Shown in pieces: positions 40,085 through 53,405 of a DNA stretch of 64,000 bases. Position numbers and translations under genes: made by a program. The notes under the pieces are model-generated. The model saw nothing but the letters and a program-made list of their open reading frames with translations. It ran no database searches and had not been told where the DNA came from. Positions within the stretch are counted from its first letter, which is position 1, and each line of letters begins with the position of its first letter. The stretch is from Octopus sinensis (taxonomy: Eukaryota), in NCBI RefSeq assembly GCF_006345805.1, contig NC_042999.1, positions 164,858,001-164,922,000 on the forward strand. Direction: 5' to 3'.

Positions 40085-41234
40085 AAGAAGAGTTCTCAAC
40101 GCATTTTCCATTAGAATTTTGCGTGGGTTATCTACTTCGACTCTTCTTATGATGAAACTGGAAAGGAAGGTAAATGAAATACATCTTTGTCATTTCATGC
40201 GCTTTTATTTCCGGAAGAAAAAAAAACACTGTGCAAACAGCAAAAATGAAGTGCTGTTTATGGAGATGGTGTCGTAGATTAAAGTACTGTTCTTTAGGGA
40301 TTTCCTAGGCTTAGAACCGAAAATTTTGATCTGGAATATCGTGAACGTTCAGGCAGGCCTACAGTCGTTGATAATAAAGACATTGAGACTTTAATAAAAA
40401 AATAATCCATGACACACAATGCGAGACATTTCGGAAATTCTCCACATACCACATATGAGCATATTAAAGCATTTAAAAACACTTGGTTATGAGAATCGCT
40501 ATGATGTTTGAATGCATCATAACTTAACAGAAAAAGACTTAATAGGGCGCATTTCCATCTGCCATTTTCTGCTCAAACGAAACAAAAATGATCCATTTTT
40601 GAAAAGAATGTTAACGTGTGATCAGAAATGGATTATTTACGACATAAATTGAAAAAGTCCTGGGAAAAATGAGACGAACCACCTTTAATCTCTCCAAAAG
40701 CTGGTCTCTATCCGAAGAAGCTGATGTTCTGTATCTGGTGGGATTGGAAGGGCATTGTGTATTGCGGGCTACTTCCACAAAATCAGACGTTAAATTCAGA
40801 CTATTATTGTTCCCAATTAGACTAATAAAAGGAATCAATTGATGAAAACGCCCAGAATTGGCCAAGCAAAAGGGTGTCGTCTTACATCGGGGCAAACGCT
40901 AGACCACACGTTTCTTTGCATGAGATGTCCTATCCAACCTACCATACTCACCCAATCTTGCACCTTCGGATTATCATTTAATCCGATCCCTGCAAACTTC
41001 TCTTAATGGGGAGAACTTTATTTCTTTAAGAGATGGTAAAAACTACTTAGACCAGTCCATAACCCAGAAAAATACCAAGTTTTGGGAGGGTGGGATCATG
41101 AAACTGCCTCAAAGATGGCGAAAGGTAGTGGAACAAAATGGGGAGTATGTGGTTGCGTAAAGGTATGTACAACTATATAAATATTGTTAATAAATTTTAC
41201 TTAAAAAACGCTGCGAACTTTTTTACCAACCCAA
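40085..41234 (+). mobile_element. Degenerate mariner (mellifera-like); 3' TIR present, 5' TIR not found
   Basis: HLCHFMRFYFRK, ERSGRP, DQKWIIYD, KKLMFCIWWD, PYSPNLAPSDYHL, LPQRWRKVVEQNGEY; ends aaaaaacgctgcgaacttttttaccaacccaa|TA. Confidence 0.92.
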
Positions 41235-42778
41235 TATATCTGCGGGGCCTCTGCATGGAATATAAAAAAAAATTTTGGAAGGGTCTCTCGTCTCCACTTT
41301 TCCGGTCCTGAAAGTAATTTTCGATCTGTTTTCGAAGGCCCTGATTAAAGACCCGTCAATCAGTGCTGACATGGGACTAAACAACACCCTGATAACCAAG
41401 GTAAAAAAATATATAGTTCGCTCTACATTAAAAAAGTTACTGTAGTTGTCTCTAAAAACATATCCCACAATGAAAGTTTATACAATACAGCCATGATTAT
41501 ATTATTGACTTAGCTCGGCATATAATAAAAAAAATATGGACAACGTGAAACGCAAGCTGCCAACACTATGCACAAGAGAAATAAAACTTAGTAGTAAACA
41601 ACTCAATAATGAAAGTAGAGCAAAGAAAAGTAGAAAACTGCTATGCCTATTAAACGTAAATCACAAATACAAGCAGTAAAACGTTTTCACAAAGAAATTA
41701 CCAGTTTAACCCACTTTAGAAACCGTGAACTCAACATCACGCGTCACAGTAATAACTTCAAGTAACATTCAACAATAAGTTAATCTCTTTATCAAGAATC
41801 GGCATTTAAAGCCGTCGGACAAGGAAGATAGGGATACAGAAGCTGATATAGAAATAGCTCTCACTTCAATCACACTTTTGATCAAACTGTCGAAAAGCAA
41901 GAGGAAAATCTGGAAAGTACCGGTCACTTCCTGATATTTCCACAAACATACAACATCAGATAAAATCTCGAACTTGCAGAAATTATTGCACTTATTAATA
42001 TTTTCCACCACTCAAACCAGCGTTGCCAAATAACCAATATATCGAAAATTAGCAAAAATAAACAATTCTAAATTTTAAAAAAAAGCACATCTGCAGTAAT
42101 ATTAGAGAACCATCACCTACTTAAGCATATCCTACAAAAAGAGGAGGAGGAGAAGAAGAAGAAGAGAAGAAGAAGAAGAGGAGGAGGGGCAACAACAACA
42201 ACAATAGTATAGTAAAAGAAATACACAAGCAGCAATAGTGTATAAAAAAAAGTAAATGAAATCAAGAAGGAAATATAATTCGCGGTAACTTAAGATAGAT
42301 ACAATTTGTGAGATTGTCATTGAAAATGTTTAAAATGGCAGAGAACGAGGGTGCATTGGACAATATTTAACTAAACCAATGATATTCTCTAATGCTGAAA
42401 TATATTGATTCAAAGAATAGAATTCTTCAACATGATCAGATCGAAGTCTTGTTTCTATAACCAGTAACTACGTTTCTTTATTGTGATTGTAAAATATTGG
42501 ATTTATTAAGAATCAAAACAGAAATCAATGCATTGATGTGCATTGTCCTACTTGTGTATTCATGATGGACAATCTTACCGCAGGATTATGTTGAAAATTG
42601 GTCATATGAATGCTTTCGGAAATATCTTGGTATCTTTGGTATCTTTAATAATTTAAAAGTCTGATGGTTCGGCATTAGGCCAGGCATTTAAACAGAAGAA
42701 GTATATAATTATATTTTGGACTATATATATATATATTATATATATATATATAATATATATATATATTATATATATATA

Positions 42779-42890
42779 GTGAGAATTTACAAAAAAACAA
42801 AAGACGAAGACGGGTGTGTAAACATCAAACAGATGTATTAGTTTAACGCTCGGGAAGTGAGAAAGTCTTTTACGTTTCGAGCCTGCGCTA
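42779..42890 (-). mobile_element. Penelope-type pLTR end abutting (TA)n; related copies at ~37560-37690 (+) and ~55678-55772 (-)
   Basis: Minus strand gctcgaaacgtaaaagactttctcacttcccgagcgttaaactaatac matches gctcgaaacgtcagaaactctctc...gcgtcacactaatac at 37577, which follows a decayed hammerhead core. Confidence 0.5.
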
Positions 42891-43214
42891 TAATTTAACA
42901 CACTTAACGGTGAAATAGATCAACCTACAGACAGATAGGTACATAGGTTCTATGAACAGACAATCACATGTACGCACACATACACAAATGTAGACTGAAA
43001 CACATGACCATATGTACACACACACACTTTACTTCACACAAGGACACATAAGGAGACACACGTCCACACATATGGAGATGCACATCCATACATACAAACA
43101 CGGTACATAGTTGCAAAACACACACTCAAACATGCACACACAAGGAGACAGAGGTACATACGCACATATAGAAACACACACACACACACACACACACATA
43201 CACACGTATACACA

Positions 43215-43582
43215 TAGTCATTGCCTCGGTGAGGCCTAATGTTCGAAGGTCGTGCTTCACCACCTCATCCCAGTTCTTCCTGGGTCTACCTCTTCCACAG
43301 GTTCCCTCAACCGCTTCGGTGTGACACTTTTTCACACAGCTATCCTCATCCGTTCTCACAACATGACAATACCAGCGCAGTCGTCTCTCTTGCACAACAT
43401 ATCTGATGCTTTTTAGGTCCAACTTTTCTAAGAAGCATCAGATGCGCTGTGCAAGAGAGACGACTGTTCTGATATGGTCATGTGGTGAGAATGGATGAAG
43501 ATAGCTGTGTGAAAAGTGCCACACCCTAGCGGTTGAGGGAACCTGTGCAAGAGGTAGACCCAGGAAGACCTGGGATGAGGTG
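43215..43582. mobile_element. Two RTE-clade LINE 3' fragments in head-to-head inverted arrangement
   Basis: VQERRLRWYCHVVR...GRGRPRKNWDEVVKHDL on the minus strand (43215-43422); homologous plus-strand copy at 43429-43582. Confidence 0.9.
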
Positions 43583-44241
43583 ACACACACATATTTATAT
43601 GCATGTATATTTAAATATATGAATATTTATACTAGATATACATGTGTGTGTATGTATGTGTCTATGTATATATATATATACGTATAAGTACAATATTTAT
43701 TGGAGCAAGAGGAAAAATCACTCCTGTTACATCTGGCACCCACCTTGGGACCTTGTCAATGTCATATACTCGCATCCATATGATTAGGTAAAATTTGTCT
43801 CCATTATATACAAAACTGAAAAATAAAGTATTCACTATATTGTGAACAGCTGTATGTGATAATGTTTCTTATAGGACGTGCAGTGTAAAAAGCACATTTT
43901 ATTTCAGAAAAAAAAAACAGGACGACTTTTCATCTTCCTCTGGTGTACGTCACCTTCATACAGAGTGATAATATGTGATTTAAGGGTGACTTTGCTACTA
44001 TTTGCATCCTGTCAGGAATCTACATTGAGCCCGTTGATTGGGTCGACCTGATGATGGACTCAAATAAGTTAGAAACCTCTCTACCCCTGTGATACTGAAA
44101 GTTAGCAAATATGCACGTTGCACACAAATACACTCCACATATACACATACATGTGTGTATGTATATGTACATATGTATGTATGCATGTATTTATCTACCT
44201 CTAGCTCTTTTTCTCTCTTTTTTCTCACTCTCTCTCTCTCC

Positions 44242-44316
<75 letters not shown>

Positions 44317-44869
44317 TCTCCCCCACTACTCTTTCTTTCTCTCTCTCCTACATTAATGGATCACACCGATCCCTTCGGCAATACGCAAAGGTGAGAAATT
44401 AATTATCTGCAATAAAATTATAATCTCTTTTTTTTCCCCTATATTCGCGAAAATTACCTGTGTGCGAATCATTCACTAGACATCATCTTTCAATTAAGTT
44501 GCCGATATTGCGTTAATCATGGTTTCTCCGCTTTCTGTTTGCTTCTAAGAACATCAGTCTTTAGTGAGTGACCTGTTTTCGTGTAGTGAATGCTTGTGAC
44601 GGTTATATTGTGCAGAAATCCATCCAAGGGTTTCCGCACAACATGATAACATTGTTTGACCACTACGGCTACCTATGAATGCTTTGAAAAATTCAAATTG
44701 ACCGTAGAAAGGATACATATGGGACACACGTGCCCCGTGCTGGTGACAGGAGTGAACGAATCCGTGATGTATTTCTGGATGGATGAGATTAATGAAGCGG
44801 TAAAGGATGTACAAATTACTTTTAGTTCTTCTACACATGAAATCATTGACTCTAGCATTAATAATAATA

Positions 44870-45020
44870 ATAATTCTTTCTACTATAGGCACCAGGCCTG
44901 CAACACTTGGGGAAGAGGGCTAGGGGATTACATAGACTCCCCCTCAATACTAAACTGGTACTTACTTCATCAACCCCTAAGGATGAAAGGAAGAATTTGA
45001 ACGCTGAGGTCGACTCCACT
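44870..45020 (-). mobile_element. SINE family B fragment
   Basis: ctggtacttacttcatcaacccctaaggatgaaagg is the reverse complement of the family B core. Confidence 0.7.
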
Positions 45021-45432
45021 TCTACAGTGATGGGTGCGTCAGCAGTTGTCATGCTCTCAAGGGGAAAAAATTGCAGTAAAGCTGTGTGATAGAGGTGTCA
45101 GACGTGGCAAGCAGACCATCATATAACTTGTTTGACATGCGCATTGTGTTTTTATTCTACTCTTCCGTTTTACGGATCCAGTGTGCAAATGCACATTGCG
45201 TGTTCGTATTTCTCCTTCCGGTTCCTACTCAAATCTGTTTACAGATCACAACCATCCCATGAACTTGCGATCGTGACGAACGCTTCGCGCTCCGATGTTT
45301 CTAAAAATGATAATTACATATATCCATCCTTCTCTGTGAATGTGTGTGTACATACACAGATAAAAACATACATGCATACTTAGATATACACATACATGCA
45401 ATACACACACACACACACACACATACACACAT

Positions 45433-45705
45433 GGATGCGTAAGCACGTGGCCAAGTGGTTAGGGTGTTACATTCACGTTCGCAAAATCGTGGTTTCGATC
45501 CTCACAGCGGCGTTATGCTGTATTCTTGAGGAAAAAACACTTCATTTCACGTTGCTCCTGTTCACCCGGCTGTAAATGGGTGCGTCTGCGTCTTCTGGCC
45601 TGTCTGCCTAGCCAGGGGATGGGTCGGTGAGAATCACCCGAAAGCACCGACAGTGCGATGAAGCGCATTGTAACCAGTGGTGTGTACCAATACCCGATAG
45701 TTTGA
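45433..45705 (+). mobile_element. tRNA-derived SINE (third family, CORE-like body)
   Basis: A box tggccaagtgg, B box gtttcgatcc, body cacttcatttcacgttgctcc...ctgtaaatggg. Confidence 0.7.
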
Positions 45706-45929
45706 TCGATATACATATATTAAATTAATATAAACAGTTAGGCGCAATGTAATACCATAAAGGAGAAATTTTTCGCCACTAAGTGTGACTGTGAGTGCCG
45801 AAGTACCTACATTGCTAGAAATAAGAGTAAAAAACCCTCTTAATGATGGAAGTGTGTTGTGGTGTGTGTGTGGTCAGTGCATAAATATTATCTTTTACAA
45901 CATGATGATCTTATATATATGTATGTGTG

Positions 45930-45984
<55 letters not shown>

Positions 45985-46697
45985 AATATTAGGGAGTAAA
46001 TCCAAACTTACAGGGAAAAATTAGATTTAGGATTAAATCCAATTTTATAGTATAAATATATTATTATATTAAATTAGAGATAAAACCACTATTAGGCAAA
46101 TCAAACAGTGAAAACATAAGCCAACACATAGAAATAGAATTAATAAAAAAATATAAAATATAAATATAAAAAATATAAAACATAAAATTCCAAATTAAAA
46201 ATTTAAATAAAAGTTAAAATTTTTAAAATTATTTAATTAATTTAAACTTATAAATTTTAAATATATATATATATATATATATTGAAAAAAAATTTTTATT
46301 AATAATAAATAATAAATAATAAATAATAAAATATTATATATATATATATATATATTTAAAATTATAAGTTTAAATTATTTAATAATTTTTAAAATTTTAA
46401 ATATTATAATTGAAATTTATTTATATTTTTTATTATTTTATATTTTTTTTATATTTAATTTTTTTTCTATGTATTGGCTTATGATTTTCACTGTTTGATT
46501 TGTTTGATTTGTCTAATAGTGGTTTTATCTCTAATTTAATATAATATATATATATATGTATATTATATTAAATTAGAGATAAAACGACTATTAGGTTTTA
46601 TATATATATACATACATACATATATACATATATATATACACACACACATCTGTCTCTCTCTCCCTATCTCTCTCTCTTTCTCTCTCTCTCTCTCTTC

Positions 46698-46737
<40 letters not shown>

Positions 46738-46789
46738 ATCTTAGCTGCTTTCTCGTATACGAGCAAAGCCATTGCTAGAAAGAATCATT

Positions 46790-47190
46790 GATATGAGTCA
46801 ATGTCGATGCAATGTGAGTCCCTTGTATGACTCTTGAGTCCGGCGAAAATGTTGCTCATTCTATTACATAATGCACAGCTGTGCTGACTGGCAGAAGGCA
46901 CAGGTGCCACAGTATGACCTCTTTTGACATGCATTTCCAATCCTCCAACTGAGAGGCACATCTTTCCCCATGTTGAACATGTTCGGTTGTGAACAACAGC
47001 CATATCACAATTTACCATGGGTCGATTCCTGTGAGTTCTCTGACGGCTGACCACGATTCAAGCAGCTTCTTCTCCCACAGACCGCATACACAAAAAGCAA
47101 CATTCCCTCATTCTCCACAGGTTCATTCCTTCTAAGCCTTCTCCTAATCGTTTCGTGCTTCGTTCTCTCTCCACAAACCTCAAACAACCA
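46790..47190 (-). pseudogene. RTE (BovB-like) LINE 3' end with C2H2-like zinc-finger remnants
   Basis: CSTWGKMCLSVGGLEMHVKRGH and CALCNRMSNIFAGLKSHTR. Confidence 0.65.
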
Positions 47191-47960
47191 CTGTGCGCGC
47201 TCTCTCTCCCCCCTCTCTCTCTCAATATATATACACAGTGTATTTGCTCCTGAAATATCCCAAAGAGGAGTGGACAATTGCTGTAGAGACCGAAACACTA
47301 TATATGCAGCAATGGACCATTCCTATTCTTGCTGGCAAAACGTAATTATGGGATATCTCAAGAGCAAACATGCGATTCGTGTTTAAATTTTCGGAGCTGA
47401 AACATCACTGGCCCTTGATATAGGCTCTCTTTCTACAGGAAGTTAACTGGAACTGACATTCTTATCCTTTCTCTGTTTCTCCTCACTCCTTACTCACCCT
47501 CAGCCAACGGACATCGACGTACAGAAGTTCACACTGAACTTCAAGTAAATTCACCTCACTACTTTCGGGTGTTCTGCTCCCTGGACAATGGTCCCTCCAC
47601 CGTTACTTCCTCCACCGCATTTTGCTTCTCTGATTAGGAAATGAAAAGTCAGGCTATGTTCATGCTTTCCTCTTTATTTTACGTCTTCCATTGTCCGTTA
47701 TATTTCTTTCTACTCTCTCACCTTACTTTCTTCTCTCTGTCTTCTCTGTCTCTCCCTCTATTTTGCTCTCTGTCTCTCTTTCACTCTCTCTCTTTCTCTC
47801 TCTTTCTCTCTTTCTTTCTCTCTTTCTCATAAACACATGCGCGTATTTGTGCATATGATCACAATCACAACGCATTGTTTTTTCCGGATTTCCAGGGAAA
47901 CAAAATTTTTCTTTGTTGTGACGATATCTCGTTACCAGTAGAAGCGTATACACTCACACA

Positions 47961-47996
<36 letters not shown>

Positions 47997-48096
47997 CGCG
48001 CGCGTGCTTACATGCATACATGCATACATACATACATACATACATACATACATGCATACATACATACATGCATACATACATACATACATACATACA

Positions 48097-48125
<29 letters not shown>

Positions 48126-48127
<2 letters not shown>

Positions 48128-49520
48128 TGAGGCTTATTGCATGCAAACAAACAAATCCCTAAACGTCCCACCAACAAAAGGTGGAGACGGAGATAGAAGT
48201 GATTTTTGGAGAGGGCAAAAAGAGGACAATCACTTGCAAACAGATCGCCCTCAAAGAGGGGCTAAAAGCAGTCAGTGAGAAACTTCGACATACGAAGAAA
48301 ATAACTGAGAGAAAAACAATAAACAAAAAAATTAACCGGAACAAAGCAGAAGTATACAGACATGAGAAGACAGACGCCTTCAAGAGGAAAATCTGAAGTG
48401 AACAGAAGATGCTCTGTGGCTGGAAGAAATTCAAAGAAGTTATTGTCCCTGCATTACAACCAAGACATACAGAATTGATAGTGATACCCTTGAAACTGTG
48501 ATCCAGAAACTTCGGGATGGAAAACCACCAGGAAGAGACTTGATTGTTGGATATTGGTACAAGGAGTTAACCTTCTACTGACCATATCTTATCAACCTGT
48601 ACCAGCAAGCTCTCATTGAGAAGAGTAGCATACCACAAGCTCCGGCAGAGAGAAAACTGATCCCCAAATGCAGAACCACCCACATGGCAAAAACTACCGG
48701 CCAATTGCATGCCATGTTTAAACCTCCAAGCCCACTGTGAAAGCAATGACATCATCACAGCAGAACAAGCAGCTGGCAAGAAGGGTGTCTGTAATATGAG
48801 ACGTGCTAGAGCATAGATGGAACCTAGTTTCAATGTGACTAGACTACAAGAAAGCCTTTGACTCTGTTGCCCACTCATGGATGCTAGAAGTCCTTCAACT
48901 TGCTAAAATTCCAGTGAGCATAATCAAAGCCATAACTGACTTGACTTCGTCGTGGGCCACCATCTTAAAATTAAACACAGACAGTGACTGTATTATCACT
49001 GATAGAATACAGTATCGCAGAGACATATTCCAAGGGCACAGCCTCTCTGTAATGTTATACGTTCTGTAATTCTTTGTCATTCATGTTAATGAAGTCCGAA
49101 TGTTATCTTACTGGTTCACAAGGTAACAGAAATACAAAAATTACACACCGTTTTTTCGTGGATGACTTGAAAGTATATGTTGTGGAAATCAGCTGCCCAA
49201 CGGATGTTAACATGAAGCTGAAGATCGATGAAAAAGAGAATACTTACACTGAATTATTAAGAAATCTGCAGTTTCTCTATCTAGATTACAAACAAGTTCA
49301 GGTTGATACCTATAATTATTGAAGCACTGGGATATGTAACACATTGCCTAAATACCAATCTTGAGAAAGCTCATTCGAAGACTACAAATACAATCCATCA
49401 CTAGAACTGTCAAAATCTGTAAAACTTTCCAGACATTTATCATTTAAGTATATATGAGCATGTTTAGATATGCAAGTATATGTACGAGAAGACATACATA
49501 AAGCAAAACATACAAATCTG
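48126..49520 (+). mobile_element. R4/Dong-like LINE relic with internal deletions, flanked by (CATA)n
   Basis: PGRDLIVGYWYK, KNYRPIAC, DYKKAFDSVAHSWMLEVL, RRDIFQGHSLS, THRFFVDDLKVY, then VVEISCPTDVN..LKIDEKENTY. Confidence 0.9.
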
Positions 49521-50000
49521 CACGTATACATACGTAAATACATACATACATATATACATGCATGGATATACATGCCATACATGCATGTCTGTCTGCATAT
49601 TTCTTCTCTCTTTCTTCTTCTCTCTCTCTCTCTCTCTCTCTCCTTCTGCATATATATATATTTCAATTAGCACTAACAGGCTTAGAAGTACCAGGAAAAG
49701 TTAAAAAGTGGCTGCAAATACACTACCTGCACTGACCCGTAATCCTTATATTTGCAGGACTCTTTACAAATGTGACTCAAGTGTCACATTCTACATAAGC
49801 ATTTTGACTGACAAAGAATAGGTAGTTTGTCGGATCCTCATCCGTCGAAATCGACGGGAGAGTCCATCATACATACATACATACATACATACATACACAC
49901 ACACATATATGCACACACACACACACACGTACGTACGTAAATGTCGAACGACGAGAATGAGAGATCAACACCGCATTGGTGGATATATATATATATATAC

Positions 50001-50034
<34 letters not shown>

Positions 50035-50043
50035 ATGATCGGT

Positions 50044-50309
50044 CACATATACTCAATATATGTGCATCGCTTATTTGTCAGCGGGCTGCGAATTAGCGCG
50101 GTGGGGAATGGCTCTCTCGAAGCGATGGTCGTCATTTCTGTGGCTTATCGACATCACACAAAAATGGCGAAGCAGTGATATCCATCACTCTTGAATCGGA
50201 TTTGAAGTGAGTTTTCTCACCAGCCCATGACTTTCAAGTGTTTTGACACCCGGTACCACTAACTCGCAGCCTTCCGGCAAACAAACACGGAGGGTACATT
50301 GAGTATGTG
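50044..50309. mobile_element. MITE-like element with degenerate ~55-bp terminal inverted repeats
   Basis: cacatatactcaat...ggctgcgaattag versus ctaactcgcagcc...attgagtatgtg. Confidence 0.5.
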
Positions 50310-50801
50310 CGGTCAATATTGTTTACAACACTAGAACTGCTTCTAATTGATATTTCAATCCCTCTCACTCTCTCTTTCTCTCTTTCTCTCTCTCTCCTAT
50401 CTCTCTCTTTCTCTCTTTCACTCTCCCCTCTCTCTATATATATCTATCTGGGCAAGACTGGTCTATGGGATTACCTTGGGTTCTCGTCTATAAAGGGTTT
50501 AGCTTTATGGCGCATTGTCAGGCTCCAAAACCTGTTTGGGGGTCTCACGGGAAACCCAGGGTAATTCCATAAACCGACCTGCCCCACTTTTTATTATAAA
50601 CTGCTCTACATCTTACAGTGTGCGTCTTCTCCCGATTTATGCTTTCTACAAACGATCCTATATATATATATAATATATATATATATAGATATATATAATA
50701 TATATATATAATATATATATATATGTATGTATGTATGTACTAGTATTTTTGTATGTATGTAGTATGTATGCATGATGTATGTATGTATATGTATGTATGT
50801 G

Positions 50802-50832
<31 letters not shown>

Positions 50833-50833
50833 G

Positions 50834-50882
<49 letters not shown>

Positions 50883-50896
50883 ATACGTACGCATAT

Positions 50897-50927
<31 letters not shown>

Positions 50928-51189
50928 GCAACTGATAGTAGCGGTTGCCACTTAAAAAGCAGATTTATAGTGAAAAGCATTAAGAACGTCATGAAATCGT
51001 TAGTTACAAATATCAGTTTTAATACTTTCAAGAATACTTTTGTTTCTTAGCTTTAGCGTCTCCTGTAATAACAAATAAATTTCTTTAATTAACAGACGTT
51101 TTTACTTTTGACATCGCACTTATTAAATTAAGTTATCTGGTCTCGTATTTCTACATTTCTGAATGTTTTCTTCGTAGTAACTTAGCAAT

Positions 51190-51598
51190 AATGGGTTCAA
51201 ATTTTGGCACAGGACCAACAATTTTGAGGGAGAGAGCAAGTCAACTACATCTATACTAGTGCTCAATCGGTACTTATTTTATGAATCCCGAAAGGATGAA
51301 AGGCATGCTACAATTATGCCAGCATGCTATCAGTTGTTCGGCGTTCTAACAATCATGCCAGATCGCCGTCAAGAACAATTTTGAAATATTGGGTTCAAAT
51401 TTTGGTCCAAGGCCAGCAAGATCTGGAGAGGGGATAAATTGATTACATCGACCCCAGTACACAACTGGTACTTATTTTATCGACCCTGAAAGAATGAAGG
51501 TCAAAGTCGACCGCGGCGGGATTAAAACTCAGAATGTAAAGACAGATGAAAAGCATTTTGCTCGGCGTGCTAGCGATTCTGCCAGCTCGCCTCCTTCA
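51190..51598 (-). mobile_element. Two tandem SINE family B copies (51190-51370 degenerate; 51390-51598)
   Basis: Reverse complement of the family B head and core. Confidence 0.85.
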
Positions 51599-51889
51599 AT
51601 AATATTGTAATGTTGGAACAAAGAAAAATATGGTAAGGGGTTTCAAGTGCAACAGCTGTTTCTGGGGTCTCGGAGACCCATCATGATGCTGTTAGATGTA
51701 GTTCACCAAAATATATAAAGCCTGTAATGGAAGTAAATAAACATTGGACAAATTGAGCCCCCGTCATCACGGTTGAAAGAAAAACTTATATTTCAGATCA
51801 TGATGCAGAGGAACTTAATTAATTAAAGCGTGAAATACGAAAACAATCTTTGATTTAACCTGGGCTTCCACATTGTTTCTAAATTCGGT

Positions 51890-52026
51890 CATAAAGTTTT
51901 GGTCGGCCCGGAACTATAGTAGAAGACACTTGTCCGTAGAAGACATTTGTCCAAAGTGACGCATAATATCACTGAACCCCAAACCAGGAGGACGTAAAGG
52001 GAGTTTCTTAACCACACAGCCATGCC
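51890..52026 (-). mobile_element. SINE family A, 5' fragment
   Basis: cttaaccacacagccatgcc is the reverse complement of the family A head. Confidence 0.75.
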
Positions 52027-52280
52027 ACGTATCCATTTTAAAGGAAAGGTGAAATGGAAACACAGAACCAGTGGTCAATGAACGCTGAATACTAGCGATT
52101 AGTGAAGGAAAAATGTAACGCTGCACTCCATGTGATAAACCATTGCGCGGAAGAGTTGACAGTGTAGTTCTCAATAAGCTGGAACATTGTATTCGTCCCT
52201 ATCGACTTCTCGAAAGGACAGAGGAACAACACAATATTACAACGATACTACGGTGCAAATGAAACACAAGCAAATCCAGT

Positions 52281-52528
52281 ATACGTCAGTGTCCTAATGT
52301 GAGTCACACGTAAATTACTGAATAACAGACACATTTCCTAATGAGAGTCATACATCCATTCTTTAAAGAAGATATACATCGATTTTCTGAAGAGAAGCGT
52401 ACATCGATTTCTTTACGAGGCATACAGACATTTCCTAATTAGAGGTGTACATCAATTTCCTAATAAAAGCCATACAAAAATTACCAAATGAGTGGCATTC
52501 GTCCATTTCCTAATGAGAGATATGCATT
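52281..52528. repeat. Degenerate 25-bp minisatellite, ~10 units
   Basis: Consensus approximately TACATCCATTTCCTAATGAGAGGCA. Confidence 0.8.
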
Positions 52529-53355
52529 TACAAGTAAAATATCCAGTCTAAATGTATGTTTGCTGGACTCCTGTCTCTTTAAACGCCATGTTATCTGGAT
52601 TTCAGACATAAGCAAAATGATCAGAACAGGGAGATAAATTATAGTTATTTACTGGACACCGACTTAATATATTACGTTATACTTAATTCATAAATCACGG
52701 AAGGGTGATAGTTAAAGTCGACCTTATTGGATTTGAACGCACAATGTAAAAGAGCACAATACCACAAGATACTTTCTTCCCCGCCTCTACTTATTTTACC
52801 GACCCTCAAATGCCATGTTATATTGCCACAGTAATTTCAATTATTTTCTATCTGATGTTATTGCAAACATTAAGTTAATCAGTTTTTAAATGTTTTCCAA
52901 TTAAGCATCTTTAAAGTATTTTAATCTGTGTTTCCAATCAATCAACTTTAATTATATAACCCATCTTGGCAGCTTCTACATGGCTGTTTAACAAGCTAGA
53001 AATAGTAACAAAGTCTCCCAAATTCCACTCTATCATCTTCATAAATAATAGGGTGACATACTGGATAATGTAGTCCTTATCTGACAAAACGAGACAGAAG
53101 AAAAACCTTTTATCATGATTTTGTTACACTGTTGCTGATCTGGGAGTAAGAACAACAGCAATAACTACATAGCCCTGTGAAGCGACTCGAACTGCAAGAA
53201 ATAAGAACTAAATCACCTCTATCATTATACGCTACCATCTTAAGAAGGAAAAAGAGCACATTAATTAGGCAACCACATGGTTTCGAGTGCGATGTCCCGT
53301 GCTGCCCAATGCTCTGTGAATGAATATGGCAGATGCGAATTATGTGGAATCCTGT

Positions 53356-53405
<50 letters not shown>

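Noticed and set aside
44554-45000. 114-aa complex-sequence ORF as a host exon
   Set aside because: No recognisable motif, non-ATG start, and it runs into an AAT tract and a SINE; unsupported without a search.
52281-52528. CRISPR-like array
   Set aside because: The units are contiguous and degenerate with no unique spacers; the context is eukaryotic and there are no cas genes.
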